A stretch of 64,000 nucleotides of DNA. Origin: Neocallimastix sp. 'constans'. Its lineage: Eukaryota. Below the pieces are notes generated by a model. It made no database searches, was not told the origin of the DNA, and worked only from the letters and a program-made list of their open reading frames with translations. The first letter of the stretch is position 1. Every line of letters begins with the position of its first letter. Made by a program: the position numbers and the translations under genes. The stretch covers positions 124,001-188,000 of the forward strand of contig JBODTK010000123.1 in assembly GCA_050613775.1 (NCBI GenBank), given 5' to 3'. Shown piece after piece: positions 37,371 through 51,310 of this stretch.

Positions 37371-38124
37371 TAATTTTTAGAGTGAAAATGTTAAATAACT
37401 ATTGGAGTAGGCCTAATGAATTTAATTATGATAATTAAAGTAAAATAAATAATAAAATAAAATAAAATCAAAAAAAAAGTTCATATATAAATATATATTA
37501 TTATTTTATTTTACTATTAATTATTAATTATGATTATTAAGTATAATATATCTTTATTATTATTTTTTTAGATTTATTACTTTTAAATTAAATTTTGAAT
37601 ATATATATATAAAAATAGATTTTAAAATAGTAATAATATATATATATTCTATCTTTTATAAATAATAATTATAATAAATTAATTGAATAGAAATAAAATG
37701 AAATAAAATATATAATTAATAAATACCAAATACCAAATAAAAATAAAAATAAAAAAATAAAAATAAAAAAAAAAAATAAAAAATAAAAATATAAAAATAA
37801 AAAATAAAAAATAAAAGGAACGAATAAAAAAAAAAAAAAGAAAAAAATATAAAACAATAAATATCATTTTAAACTCTAAAATATCACAATATTTAATTTA
37901 TAGTTATTTGTTATTATTTTTTTTATATTATATATATTTATTTTATCATTAATATTATATTTTCCAGTCATTTTATTGCTATTACTATTATTTTTTTTTA
38001 ATTAAATAACCATAAAAATAGATTAGTCAAAATCCAATTTTTAAAAATTGTATAAACCAATTCAATTATATATGTAAATATAAAAAAAAAAAAAACGAAA
38101 AAACAAAAAAAAAAAAAAAAAAAA

Positions 38125-40221
38125 ATGATTAATATATCGATTAATAGAGACGATGATATACTACTACTTACAAAAGATAAGAAAAGAAAGAGGAAAAATT
38201 CAAAGTTTAAAGGAATATTGAAAAAATTATTTATTCTCTATTTTATTTATTTATTAACAAAATTTATTACCAAAGCCATATTTGAAAGTCAACACCATGG
38301 ATTAATAAATAGAAAAAAAAATATATATAGTAATTATTTTTCATTACCAAATTTTGAATTACTCTATACGAATGGTACAAAAGGACCTATCACTGTAAAT
38401 AGAAAGAAAGATGATGGAAATAAATTTAATATTTATAATATGATAACTGAAAATAATAATGAAGATTTCGAATCTTTTTTTTATGACAAGGATGAGTTTA
38501 ATAAGTTAAGTAAAAAGGTATCAAAAGATGAAGAATATTTATGTGAGTTGGGATTACCATCAGAATCGACAGAAGGATACTATCTTATATGTCCTGCACA
38601 ATATACTATTGCTATTGATAAAGCATTCTATGGACGTTATGCTAATGATAAAAGTCATTGTAATGTAGATGATAAAGGTAAAAAAGTAGAAGAATCACGT
38701 CTAGAAGTTTCAGAGGATTGTGGAAAAGATTCAATAGATATTGTAAAAGGACTTTGTGAAGGACGAATAGAATGTAATATTAGACCAAATATATCTTTCT
38801 TTTCAAATTCATGTGATAAAGATATTTATAAATATCTTCATGTTAAATATCATTGTATTAAAAACAAAGTAAGTGACTAAAAAAAAATTTTTTTTAATGT
38901 CATTATTTTCAATTTTTATCCATATATATATATAGATAAATAAGTAAAAGCAATAAATATATTTTTTTTTTTTTTTTTTTAAAAAAAAAGAATATTAAAT
39001 TTAATTTATTTAATTTATTATATAAATATATATGAATTATTTATAACATTTCATCTTTTATTATAAACAAACTAACAACAACAATAACAAAAAAAAAAAA
39101 AAAAAAAAAAAAGGAATTGAAAAAAACAAAATTTGCTATAGTTAATTTTTCTGATAGAATTAACGTCAATACCATTTATGAAAACGCTTTAAGTGAACTA
39201 TATCAATATGCTGATTATCATGAATATGAATTTATATATAATTATAAAAATTATGATAAAAAAAGAGAAATTTATTATATGAAACTTCATGTTGTTAATG
39301 AAGCCATTATTCAAGGTTTAAAAACTAAGGCATATGACTGGATATTGTAAGTAGAATATGGAATATAGAATATAAAATAAATATTATTTTTATATATTAT
39401 AAATTTATAAATTATATATATATATTTATTATTATTATTATTATAATAATTATTATTATTTATATTAATATATATATATTAATAAAAACAAACAAACAAA
39501 CAAACAAACAAACAAACAAACAAACAAACAAACAAACAAAAAAAAAAAAAAAATAAAAAAAAAATTAAATATAATAATTATAATGTTATAATAAATTTGA
39601 AATATATTAAAAAAAAAAATTATTTTTATGTTTTATTAAATTATATATATGTATATCAAGTTGGGTAGATAGTGATATTATGATTGCTAATCCAAATATC
39701 AAATTAGAAAACTTTATACCGGAAGATGAAAGAATTCATTTTATCGCAGCAGCGGATCGACATGGACTTAATGCTGGTGTATTTTTAATTAAAGTTCATC
39801 CATGGTCCCTTAATTTTATGATGCGTTCCCTAGCCTATAAATATTATCATAAAGGAAAACATTTAGAATATGAAGATCAGACCTCAATGAATAATATATT
39901 AGTTTTGGATGAGAATGAAAGAAATCATTATGTTATTGTACCTCAGAGTTGGTTTAATACTTTCCCTGATAAAAGACATGGTGGTGAGCTCCTTTTACAT
40001 TTTGCAGGACGTAAAGATAAAAATAAGGATTCCAATGAAACGCGTACGGAGCTTAATAATGATCCCCATTATTTAACAGCCCAAACCAATAGAAAAATGA
40101 GAAAGGAAGCTCTCGAATATTTTGCTAAGCCAAGAAAGGAACAAGGTCAATTAGTCTATGTTGAATACTATACAGTTCTTCAACAAATTTTTAATTTTGT
40201 AAAGAAACTATTTCATATTTA

Positions 40222-40222
<1 letters not shown>
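38125..40222 (+). CDS. Type II membrane protein: SUEL/Gal_Lectin domain fused to glycosyltransferase family 34 (GMA12/MNN10-like)
   Basis: Exons 38125-38868, 39114-39346 and 39661-40222. A basic N-tail and TM helix (KKLFILYFIYLLTKFI) precede the lectin pattern LICP..YTIAIDKAFYGR...C...C......VKGLCEGRIECNI....FFSNSC...YKYLHVKYHC. GT34 motifs follow: YDWIFWVDSD (DxD across the splice), DRHGLNAGVFLIKV, EDQTSM, VPQSWFN, LLHFAG. Confidence 0.9.
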
Positions 40223-40276
<54 letters not shown>

Positions 40277-40315
40277 TAAAAAAATATATATATATATATA
40301 TATAATATAAAATTA

Positions 40316-40350
<35 letters not shown>

Positions 40351-40879
40351 TTACTACTCTTATTACTATTACTGTTACTTTCTGTTACTTTCTGTTAACT
40401 TTTTTTTTTTTTTTATTTTTATTTTTTTAATGATCAAATTTACAAATATATATATATATATATATATAATATATAAATATTTATTTTACTTTATTTATTT
40501 ATTTACTATTAATATTATTATAATTTTTATATATAGTTCAATAAATATAAATATATGTATATATATAAATATATATACACACATATATATACATATATAT
40601 ATATATATTTTACTATGTGTTGCTAGAATCTATTTTTTATTTATATATTTATTTTATTTTTTTTTTTTAAAAAAAAAAAAAATAATAATAAAATAAAATA
40701 AAATAAAATAAATTGTGAATATAAAATATTAAAGTATTAATAAAATTAGTAAAAATTAAATAAAATACAATAAAAAAAATATAATATCTATATCTATAAA
40801 ATAAAATAAATAAATAAAAAAAAAAAAAAAAAAAAAAAAGAAAACGAAAAAAAGAAAAAAGAAAAAAAGAAAATATATG

Positions 40880-40915
<36 letters not shown>

Positions 40916-41545
40916 TAAATAAAAGATATAATAATACTAAAAATAAAATATGAATGATTTTTTAATTATTTTATCTTATAAGTATAAAAAAAAAAAAAAA
41001 AGTAATAATAATATCCATCCATCCATCCATCCTCAGCATCATAAAAAATAAAAATATTATAAATAATTATAAAATAGTTAATATATATTTAAATAAATAG
41101 AAAACGGATAAAAAAAATTTTTTTTTTTTTTATATTCATTTCTTTGAATTAGATAATTAGAATAGAACTGATTAATTACAACAATAAAAAATAAAAAATA
41201 AAATAAAATACAATAAAAAAAAAAAAAAAAAAAAAAAAAAGATACCAACATAAATTTAATCATTTATCTTAACCATTTTTAATAATATATTTAGAATAAT
41301 ATGATTAAATGAAATGAAGCGAATGTAGGGAAGTGAGACTCGAGCAGAAAGCTTGCGACTGCGTAGAGTTCGAGATCACCCGAGAGTAATATTAATATTA
41401 ATATTAATAATAATAATAAAAAAAAATTTTTTTTTTTCTCTTCATATTTTATAATTAATAGTATATATGTGAACTATATATATAAGTATTTATTTTATTT
41501 ATAATTTTTATATTATTTTATTTTATTTTTATTTATTTATTTATT

Positions 41546-41590
<45 letters not shown>

Positions 41591-42114
41591 TTTTTTACAT
41601 ATGATATTTTGTTATTCTATTTGTATAATTCTTTTTTATTTTCATAAAATCATGGTATAACTTTATCTTTTTACTAAAATTTATTTAATGTATAATATTT
41701 ATAGTATATTTTACACTTTTTTTTTTTTTTTTTTTTTTTTTTGTTAATTTATTTGTTTATATATATATATGATAAATATTTATTTAAAGTATATGAAATA
41801 AATATTTATTTACTAACTATTTATATTATATTTATTTATATTTAATATATATTTTATAATAATATTTATTAATGATACTTATTAATGATATTTATTATTA
41901 TTATTAATATTATTTGTTCTATTGAAAACTTATTTTTAAAAAAAAATTTTTTTTCTTTTAATTTTTTTTAATTTTTTTTAATTTTTTTAATTCTTTTATT
42001 GTTTTATTTTATCATATTTATTAATATGACACTTGTCACGGTCATATTCATTATTGATTATTGAATATTTTTATTTTTTTTTTTCTTTATTTTTTTTTTT
42101 TTTTATGATAAAAA

Positions 42115-43491
42115 TTAGCAATGACTTGGTATACCACACCAATCTCTATTTTCAATACCCCATTTACCATCTTTATCAGTGTAATAAACTTTAGAGCATG
42201 AAGAACAACATTTATAACCATATCTAGTTATACTAAATGGACAAGAATTATCTTTACCTTGGCCACATCCACACCATTCCCCATTTTCTGCTCCCCAATC
42301 TCCATCACTGTCAATGTAAATGACTGTACAACCATCGGAACAACACTTGTATCCTTGATTAATAATAGCGGTAGAACATTTATAACTTGGAGTTGGTGTA
42401 GTAGTGGTTTCAGTAGTAGTACTAACTTCAGTTGTGCTTTCAGCAGCAGCTTCAGTAGTAATTTCTGTAGTTGTTTCAGTAGCAACTTCAGTAGTAGTTT
42501 CAGTAGTAGTTTCAGTAGTAGTTTCAGTGGTAGTTTCAGTAGTAATTTCAGTAGAAGGCGTAGTAGTAAGTTCAATACTACTATTATTTCCGAGAGCTTC
42601 AGTACTAATAGTAGCAGTAGTGATGACCTGACTTTCATTAGCATTAGTAGTGATCACGGTGGCAGTACTAATTACACTACTTTCGTCGACTTCAGTAGTA
42701 CTAATTGTAGCAGTAGTAATGATACTACTTTCATTGGCATCAGTAGTAGTTTCATCAGCCGTAGTAGTTTCATCAGCAGTAGCAGTAATTTCACTAGTTT
42801 CATCCGTTGTAGTAAGAGTAGCCGTGGTAATCGAGTCAGTAGTAATAGCTTCAGTGCTCATGGTATGACTAGTAAGACTAATAGTACTTGCACCAAATGG
42901 AGGAACTTTAGAAGTTACAGTCGTTAATAAACTAGCTGGAACAACTTTAGTGGTAATTAATGGAACAAGTTCTTGAGAAAGAGTTGAATTATTACCATTG
43001 GCTTGCTCTAAAGTATAATTATTAAGTACTACCTTTTCAACAGCATCAGATAATTTATCATCAGTAGTTGGCTTATCAAAGTAACAACCCATGTGCCAAT
43101 CTTCAACAATTTCACCTTCAATTAAAGTCCATATAGTACCGGAATGGTAAGGGAATTCACTGTATGGAAAGATTTTACCATACTTTTTAGCATATTTCAA
43201 ACCAATACTATAAATTTGTTCGTGTTGATGAACAATAAGAATTGGGCTAATAGATTCATCCAAAGATTCAATATATTGATACATATCACTTGGATCACCA
43301 CCACAACATTTTTGTTCATCTAAATTAATACCAAGATCTTTAGCTAATAAGGCAGCAGTTTCATACTATTTTTATTTATTTATTTATTAAATTTTATTTT
43401 AATTTTATTTTTAATGATATTTTTTTAAAATATATATACATATATATAAACATATTTATTAGTATTTTAAATATTATTTTTAATACGTAAC

Positions 43492-43528
<37 letters not shown>

Positions 43529-44062
43529 TAAAATATAATAATTCTATTTCTTTTCTTTTTTGTTTAAATATAAAAAGTTATATTTATAATAAAGATATTT
43601 TATTAAATATTATTAAAAATTACTATTGATTAATATTAATTTTTTCTATTAATAATTATATATATATATATATATATTTATATCATTTTATATAATAAAA
43701 AAAAACAAAAAAAAAAAATATCTTCATACCATACGACGGGAATTATGTGTTCCTCTTCCCTCTGAATCAATAAAATCACCTTGTTTAGAATAGTGTTGAT
43801 AAAGAATAAGTTTGGGTTGACGATAAAGTGGTGCATTTTTACCAAATACATCTACTACACATTTTGAACGTTCATAACCTGTGTAACCTAGACCATTATT
43901 AAATTCTCCCCAAACATTTTGGGTTGTTGACCAAAATCTACGACTACCTTTATCTAAATCACCATAACCTGGCTTTTCTCCATGCATAATCATATATATT
44001 ACTCTACTAGCATTACTATATGCAATAAAGTATAATAAACCAATTATAATTTTTGAATACAT
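42115..44062 (-). CDS. Secreted histidine-phosphatase/phosphoglycerate-mutase-fold protein with a Thr/Glu-rich linker and two C-terminal fungal dockerins (NCDD/CBM_10)
   Basis: Exons 44062-43730 and 43365-42115. Signal peptide [19 protein letters not shown], then [11 protein letters not shown]...[13 protein letters not shown]...[16 protein letters not shown]...ILIVHQH...IWT. Dockerins: [38 protein letters not shown] and [39 protein letters not shown]. Confidence 0.85.
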
Positions 44063-44536
44063 TATACCTTTTCTTTTAAATATTGTTTTAATTTTTAAGT
44101 TTTTATAAATAAACAAATTATAAAAATTTATTTTGAATTATTATTAAATTTTATAATTAAAAACTAAGTTGAAGTTTTATTATTATAAATTGAAAGATAT
44201 ATATATGTATTTTGTTTGTAAATTATTATATATATATATTAATTTTTCTTTCTTTTTATTTTTATTTCTATTTCTACACTTTTATATTTTATATTTTTAT
44301 TTCTATTTCTAATTATATTTTATATTTATATTCCTTTTTTATATCTTATTTTTACAATTATGAATTAAAAAGAAAGAATTGCAAATTAACAATCTGTTAT
44401 ATATATAAATTATTAGTATTTACAAACTGATAATTAATTTAGTTAGAGTTATTAAGTAAATTCTATCAAAGATTTACTTTATTATAATTTTTTTTATTTC
44501 TATTATTTATAATTTATTTATTTATTTTTTTTCTTT

Positions 44537-44567
<31 letters not shown>

Positions 44568-46039
44568 CTTGGTTTAAAAAAAAAAAAAAAAAAAGTAAAT
44601 TTATTTTATTTTATATATTTTTTAATTTTTTTTTTTTTTTTTTTTTTAGATATTAATATTTTAATCTATAATTTATTATGGATAATTAATCTTTAAATCA
44701 AAATATTAATATTTTAGGAAGTGTAGAGACAAAAAAAACTTTAAAAAACTCTTTTTTTTTTTTTTATTATTTAAAGTGTATTTAAAATTATTATTATTAT
44801 TATTATTTTTTATTAATGATATATAATTTTTTTTTAATAAATATTTAGTATTGTTTGTCCATTTAGTTAAACCATTTAATTTGAAATTGTAAAATATTAT
44901 TATTGATTAAGATTTGGAGAATTAAAATTATAGATATTACTTTATGATAGAGAATGAAACTTTAAACAATAATCAAAAAAAAAAGTAAAAAAAATAAAAT
45001 ATATTAAAGTTAGATAGACCATAAATCATAAAAAATTATTAAATAGCTAAAATGATATGAAATTATAGTAATAAAAATTTTTATAGGAAAACTTTTAATA
45101 TGTTAATTGTTGAGAAATGTTTAAAATAGTTTTAATAGAAATAATTGTTTAATGGATTTAGAGAATGAGTATAAATAAGAATATAAAATAGTTCTTTAGA
45201 AAAAACATTACTAATTACCCATAAAATTAGATAAATTAAAGGTTACTTTATTTGTCTGTAAAATTAGGAATATATTTATAAATTTAATATGATTTATTAT
45301 AAGTTTTTAGTGTAGGTAGACTAATTAACCTTTAAAGATTAGTATTATGAAAAAAAATCTTTTAATAAAGTCTAGTATTATAAAACAAAATTTATGTTAT
45401 TTAATTAGTTTAAAATGTTTTTATTCTTTTATTTAATTAGTATAGAATAAAGATGGGAAACATCCATATAATTATTATCATTTGTTATGATACCAATGAA
45501 TGAATGAATTAATTTAAACAGTTCCATATTTTATAAAAATATTAATTATTATTATTAGTTTATTTTATTAATTTAAATAAAAAAAAATATAAAAAAAAAA
45601 TATAAAAAGAGTATATATTAAATATCAATTTGTTTTTGTTAATAAATTTTAATATTAATAATTAAAATTTATTATAAAATTTGCGGTTTATTTTTTTTTA
45701 TATTTTTTTATATTTTTCATATTATTCTACTTAACTTAATATTAATTTTGTAAAAAAAAGAAATTTTTATTATTTTTTTTTATTGGTATATTTAAACTTT
45801 AAATTCAATAAAATATATTAAATAAAGTATATTAAAAAAAGAATAATAAATAAACTTTTGAATATATATTAAATAGTTGAAAATACTAAGAAATTTGTCA
45901 TAAACTAAGTTTCATTTTTTTTATTTTTTTTTATTTTTTAATCATTATTTGTCAAAAAAATATATTGAGAAGGTGGTATATTGTTAGTATTAATTATTGT
46001 TAATTTTTTTTTAAGTAACACTAATATTAATAAATACTA

Positions 46040-46425
46040 ATAAATAATAAATAATAAATAATAAATAATAAATAATTAATAATAAATAATAAATAATAAA
46101 TAATAAATAATAAATAATAAATAATAAATAATAAATAATAAATAAAAAATAATAAATAATAAATAATAAATAATAAATAATAAATAATAAATAATAAATA
46201 GTAAATAGTAAATAATAAATAATAAATAATAAATAATAAATAGTAAATAATAAATAATAAATAATAAATAATAAATAATAAATAATAAATAATAAATAAT
46301 AAATAATAAATAATAAATAATAAATAATAAATAATAAATAATAAATAATAAATAATAAATAATAAATAATAAATAAATAATAAATAATAAATAAATAATA
46401 AATAATAAATAATAAATAATAAATA
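46040..46425 (+). repeat. (TAAATAA)n heptamer tandem array
   Basis: About 385 bp of TAAATAA units with rare TAAATAG variants; a short inverted copy (TTATTTA)n lies at ~46776-46830. Confidence 0.95.
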
Positions 46426-47303
46426 ATATTAATATATATATTAATATAGTAATAATATGTAACATAAATAATAAAAATAATAATAATAATTATCTTTACT
46501 TATATTTTATTATGAAATTTATCATTTAATTTAAATATAATAGATATTTTTTTTTTTTATATTTTTAAATCTTATTCAAAACTATATTTTTTTTTTATTC
46601 TTTATTCCTTTGTATCTTATATTATTCTATTTGATCATATACTATTTTGATAAAAAAGAGTTTTAATTTTTTTCCTTTAATTTCTTAAAAATATAAAAAT
46701 AAACATAATTATAATTAATATATATAAATGTCCTCTTTTATATAGTTTACTTTTCTTTACAAAAACTATAATTAATTATTTATTATTTATTATTTATTAT
46801 TTATTATTTATTATTTATTATTTATTATTTAGTATTTAGTATTATTTTTATTATTATAAAAAAAATTTTTTTAATTAATTTTGGAGAGTTTGTCAATATT
46901 AAAATTTTTCAAAATGTCAAAAATAAGAAATGATACAAAATAAAATAAAAAAAAAAATAAAATAAATTTTTTTTTTTTTTTTTTTTAATTTCAAATTTTC
47001 TATTATGTATTCAGATATAATTATAATTTTAGTTATAAATTATAATTAAAATCAATCATATTTAATTATAATTATATAAATAATTATATATTGTTTGTAC
47101 ATATCTGATTATAATGATTAAAAATTCTTTAAATGAATTTAAAATTTTATATTGTAATAAATAGAATTAATTCGTTTTATTATTTATTTATTTTTTATTT
47201 ATTACTTTTTTATTTTTTTTTATTATATAAATTTTTATTAATCTAAAATAGTAAAGTTTTTGTTATTATTATTATTTTAATTATTAAATAAAATACTTGA
47301 ATA

Positions 47304-47535
47304 TATTATACCAAAATTTATTAATAAATATACATTTTTTTTGTATAAGTTAGAAAAGTAATATTACATAATATTTTATTTTTATTTTTATTTTATTGTA
47401 ATAATTTTTTTTATTTCGTATTATACCAAAATTTATTAATAAATATACATTTTTTTTGTATAAGTTAGAAAAGTAATATTACATAATATTTTATTTTTAT
47501 TTTTATTTTATTGTAATTTTTTTTATTTCGTATTA
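47304..47535 (+). repeat. Tandem duplication of ~115 bp
   Basis: TATTATACCAAAATTTATTAATAAATATACATTTT..GTATAAGTTAGAAAAGTAATATTACATAATA..TTATTTCG starts at 47304 and again at 47419. Confidence 0.9.
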
Positions 47536-50500
47536 ACTGTGGTTTTAGAAATGATGTTGTTTAAAAAAGAAAAAAGAATTACTATAAAATTTGCATAATA
47601 CGATTATAATACTACTATTATGTATTTACAATTGTATTATGTAAATTTCATTATATTTTTTTGTGTAAATCATTTTCCCTAATTTTTCATAATAATTTTA
47701 TTTTAATGTAAATCAATTTTTATCAATATTTAAATTCTTGGTTTTTTTTTTTTTTTTTTTTTTTTTTATTTATTTATCTTAATATTTGATATGTGTTTAT
47801 TTATGTAAGAGATATCATAAAAAACATGGCACATATGGATTAGTTAATCCAATTCATTGAAAGAAGAACAAGAAAAAGTATTAATATAATAATAATAGTA
47901 ATATTATATATATAATAATACTAATAATAAAATGTTTTAATTTCAAAGTTTATTTAATGCTTTATAATATAAAATTTTAAAATTTCATACTTAATGGATA
48001 CATTTTTATAGGTGAAATCCAAGAGTCATATACATAATAAAATATATATGTGGATACATGATTAAATAGAAAATATTATATTAATGTTTAGAATTAATAT
48101 TATTAATATCCATGTAATAATAATAATAATAAAAAGTTATTATATATGATAATATACATTTAATTACTTCATTCATTCACATGACTTATTTGTCATATAT
48201 TAATCTCTTCAATGTTTTTTTGTATGGAATAAAGTATACTTATAATATATTTATTATAATATAATATATTATATATTATATGGGTACTAATTATTTTAAG
48301 ATAATCAATTCAAAGAATAAAATATAATAAAGATTAAAATTATATAAAATAAAGATTAAAAATAAAAAAAAAATCATGATAAATGTTTCAATTTAATTAT
48401 TATGATATATTAATTAATTAACTATTGTTTGAAAGTTTTGTGCTAATTTTTGTACTATCCTTTAACTTTTAATAATTAAATTTGAATGATATTAATAAAC
48501 TACATGAAATATAATTGATTATGCTTTTATTTTATTAATGATTAAAGTTTCAAAAATAAGTTTAAAATTTTATAATTATTAAAAATAATGTTTAAAAACA
48601 AATTTATTAATTAAATTGTAACCTATAAAGTTTTTTAAAGATTTAAATTAAAAATATATATTATTGACATATATAGATATATATAAATGAATATATGTAT
48701 ATAATTTTTATTATAGAAAGTTTATTAATAAGTATATATTAGAAAAGTTTTTTTTTTTTTTTTTTTAAATATAAAATTTTCAAAGTTAGAAACTTTTTGA
48801 ATAATACTAAATTTATTAAACATCATATATAAAGTTTATGCTAGTTATTCATATCTTTGGTATTATATATTTATAATATTATTTTAAATGGACAAGTTAA
48901 AAAAAAAAAAAATTATTAAAAAACTTGGTAAAGAAAAAATTGTTGACCTTTATTGAATATTATTTAATAATTTTTTTTTTATTTTGTTATTTAATTTATA
49001 TTTTTTTTTACTTAGATATGAATTGCAAAGTTTTATTTTAAGGTATACAAAAAGAAAGTTACAAATATAAAACTGTAATAATATATATGATCAATATATC
49101 AAAATATATTTCTGGTGAAATATTGTTTTGTCATTAAAAAACATATATCCTATTTGTTAATTAATAATAATTAGTTATTAATATTAGTTAGTAATATGAA
49201 TGATACTGAAAAATGTTTAAATGTCAACATTAAAGATATCTACAGAAAAGTTTCATAACAACTTATTAATTTTTTTAATTTTATTTTATTCAAAAAAATT
49301 TATGATTTATATACCATAATCTTGTTATTAAGTAGTGATGTATGATAAAGTTTCATATATATTATTATACGTGGATAAACTATACATTGGACATGTTTTA
49401 GGTTATGCTTAATATTATTAATTACATAACTACTTATCTTAATATATAATATATTATAATATACATATAATAACAAAAGATTTATGTAATTTTTAAAATA
49501 CTATATAATAATAATAATAATAAAATGTTATGTTTTTATATGCATATATATATTTTAATTAAAGTACGAATACTTGCACATTTATTCAAAATTGAAACTT
49601 GGCGAATATAGAAAGTAAGAAATTGTATATTTTATATAATATTTAATGATAAAATAGCTAGTAATACAATACTTAATAATAAGACATTTAATAAAATTCA
49701 TTTAATTTAAATATCATAATAAAATTTATTTATTTAAATAATATATTTCTTAACAAGAAAAAAAATGTATGCTTAATTATTTTAAAGATAAAAATGGATT
49801 ACTTAATTAGTTTATTTTTATTTTTATTTTTTATTTTTTTTTTATTTTTTTTATATTTATTTTGAATATCATACACAAAATTAAATAAATAAAAAGATTA
49901 GGTTTTTTTTTTTTTTTTTGATTTAAAATTTAAATAATCAAAAAAATAAAATTTTTTTTTTAATGATTTTAATTAATTTAAAAATTTAATTTATTTAATA
50001 AAAATATTTTAATTTAAAATTAAATAATTTTTAAAATTTTAATATATTTTTTTATATTAAATATAAATATAATATTTCTAAAAAAATAAAAATTAAAATA
50101 AAAAAATAACCAATATAAAGTAAATTTTAAAATTTAATTTAATTCATCAATTTTTGTACTACTTCAAAATCTAATAGATAAAGATAAACTTTATATCTAT
50201 ATAAATCTGCTGTATTTCATCAGTAATTTTTTTTTCTTTTTTTTCTTTATTTTTATATATATATATTTAGAGGTTTTTTTTTTTCTTTATTTTTATATAT
50301 ATGTAAATTAAAATCTTAAAACTTTAAAAGATTATAGAATTTAAAATAAGAAAAAAAAAATTTAGAGAAGAAATAAAATAAAATTTTTTAAAATAATTAG
50401 AATTTAAAAAAGTAAAAAAAATTTAGAGAAACAAAAAATGACAATAATTATAATTAGTAATATAATTATAATTAGTAATCCAATAGCATATTTAATTCAA

Positions 50501-51264
50501 TAACATCTATATTTCAAAAAGTTTTTTTTTATTATTATTATTATAATTTATTTAAATAATCTTTTTATTTCAATGCTATTTATATTATTATTATTATTAT
50601 AATTTAAACAAAATTTAAAGTTTTATTGAGTACTAAATTGATATTAATAATCATAGCAATAATTTTATTAAAATTGAAACACAATTTTTTTTTTTTTTTT
50701 TTTGGAAATATTCTAATAATTAATTAAATAGTAATTACATTCTTTAATTATAATATATATAATTTTACTTATTTTAATATTTACTTAGATAATGTAATAA
50801 TAAAAATAAACTACTAGATAAAAAAAAATTACTTTTCTATAAACTTTAATAATAAAGAATTTATTTTAATATAAATAAAAAAAAATAAAAATAAAAATAA
50901 AATTTTTATAATGAAAGAAATATATTTATAACAATAATTATTATAATTATTTTTACCATTAATTATTAAAATAATATTATTAGAATGATTTGAATCTATT
51001 TAGAAATAAATAAAAAAAAAAATAAATAAATAAAGAATTTAATAATTTTATTTATTTATTATTTATTATTTACTATTAAATTTTATTATTATTTTTTATC
51101 ATTTATTATTATTTATTATTTATTATATTTAATCACAAATGTAATAATATATCTTTTTTTTTTTTAAAAAAAAAAAAAATCATTAATTCAATATTTGATA
51201 TTTTTAAAAATTATATTATTTTTTAAAATCAATGAAATCTAAGGATTTTTATTTAATATCAGAA

Positions 51265-51310
<46 letters not shown>

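Noticed and set aside
41312..41390. tRNA call for the GC-rich island
   Set aside because: GTTCGAG is present, but no acceptor stem, D-arm or anticodon arm can be built.
32866..44062. LysM, BolA, lectin-GT34 and dockerin genes as one functional cluster
   Set aside because: Mixed orientations, an unrelated BolA gene in between and no shared upstream motif that I could see; adjacency alone is not evidence.
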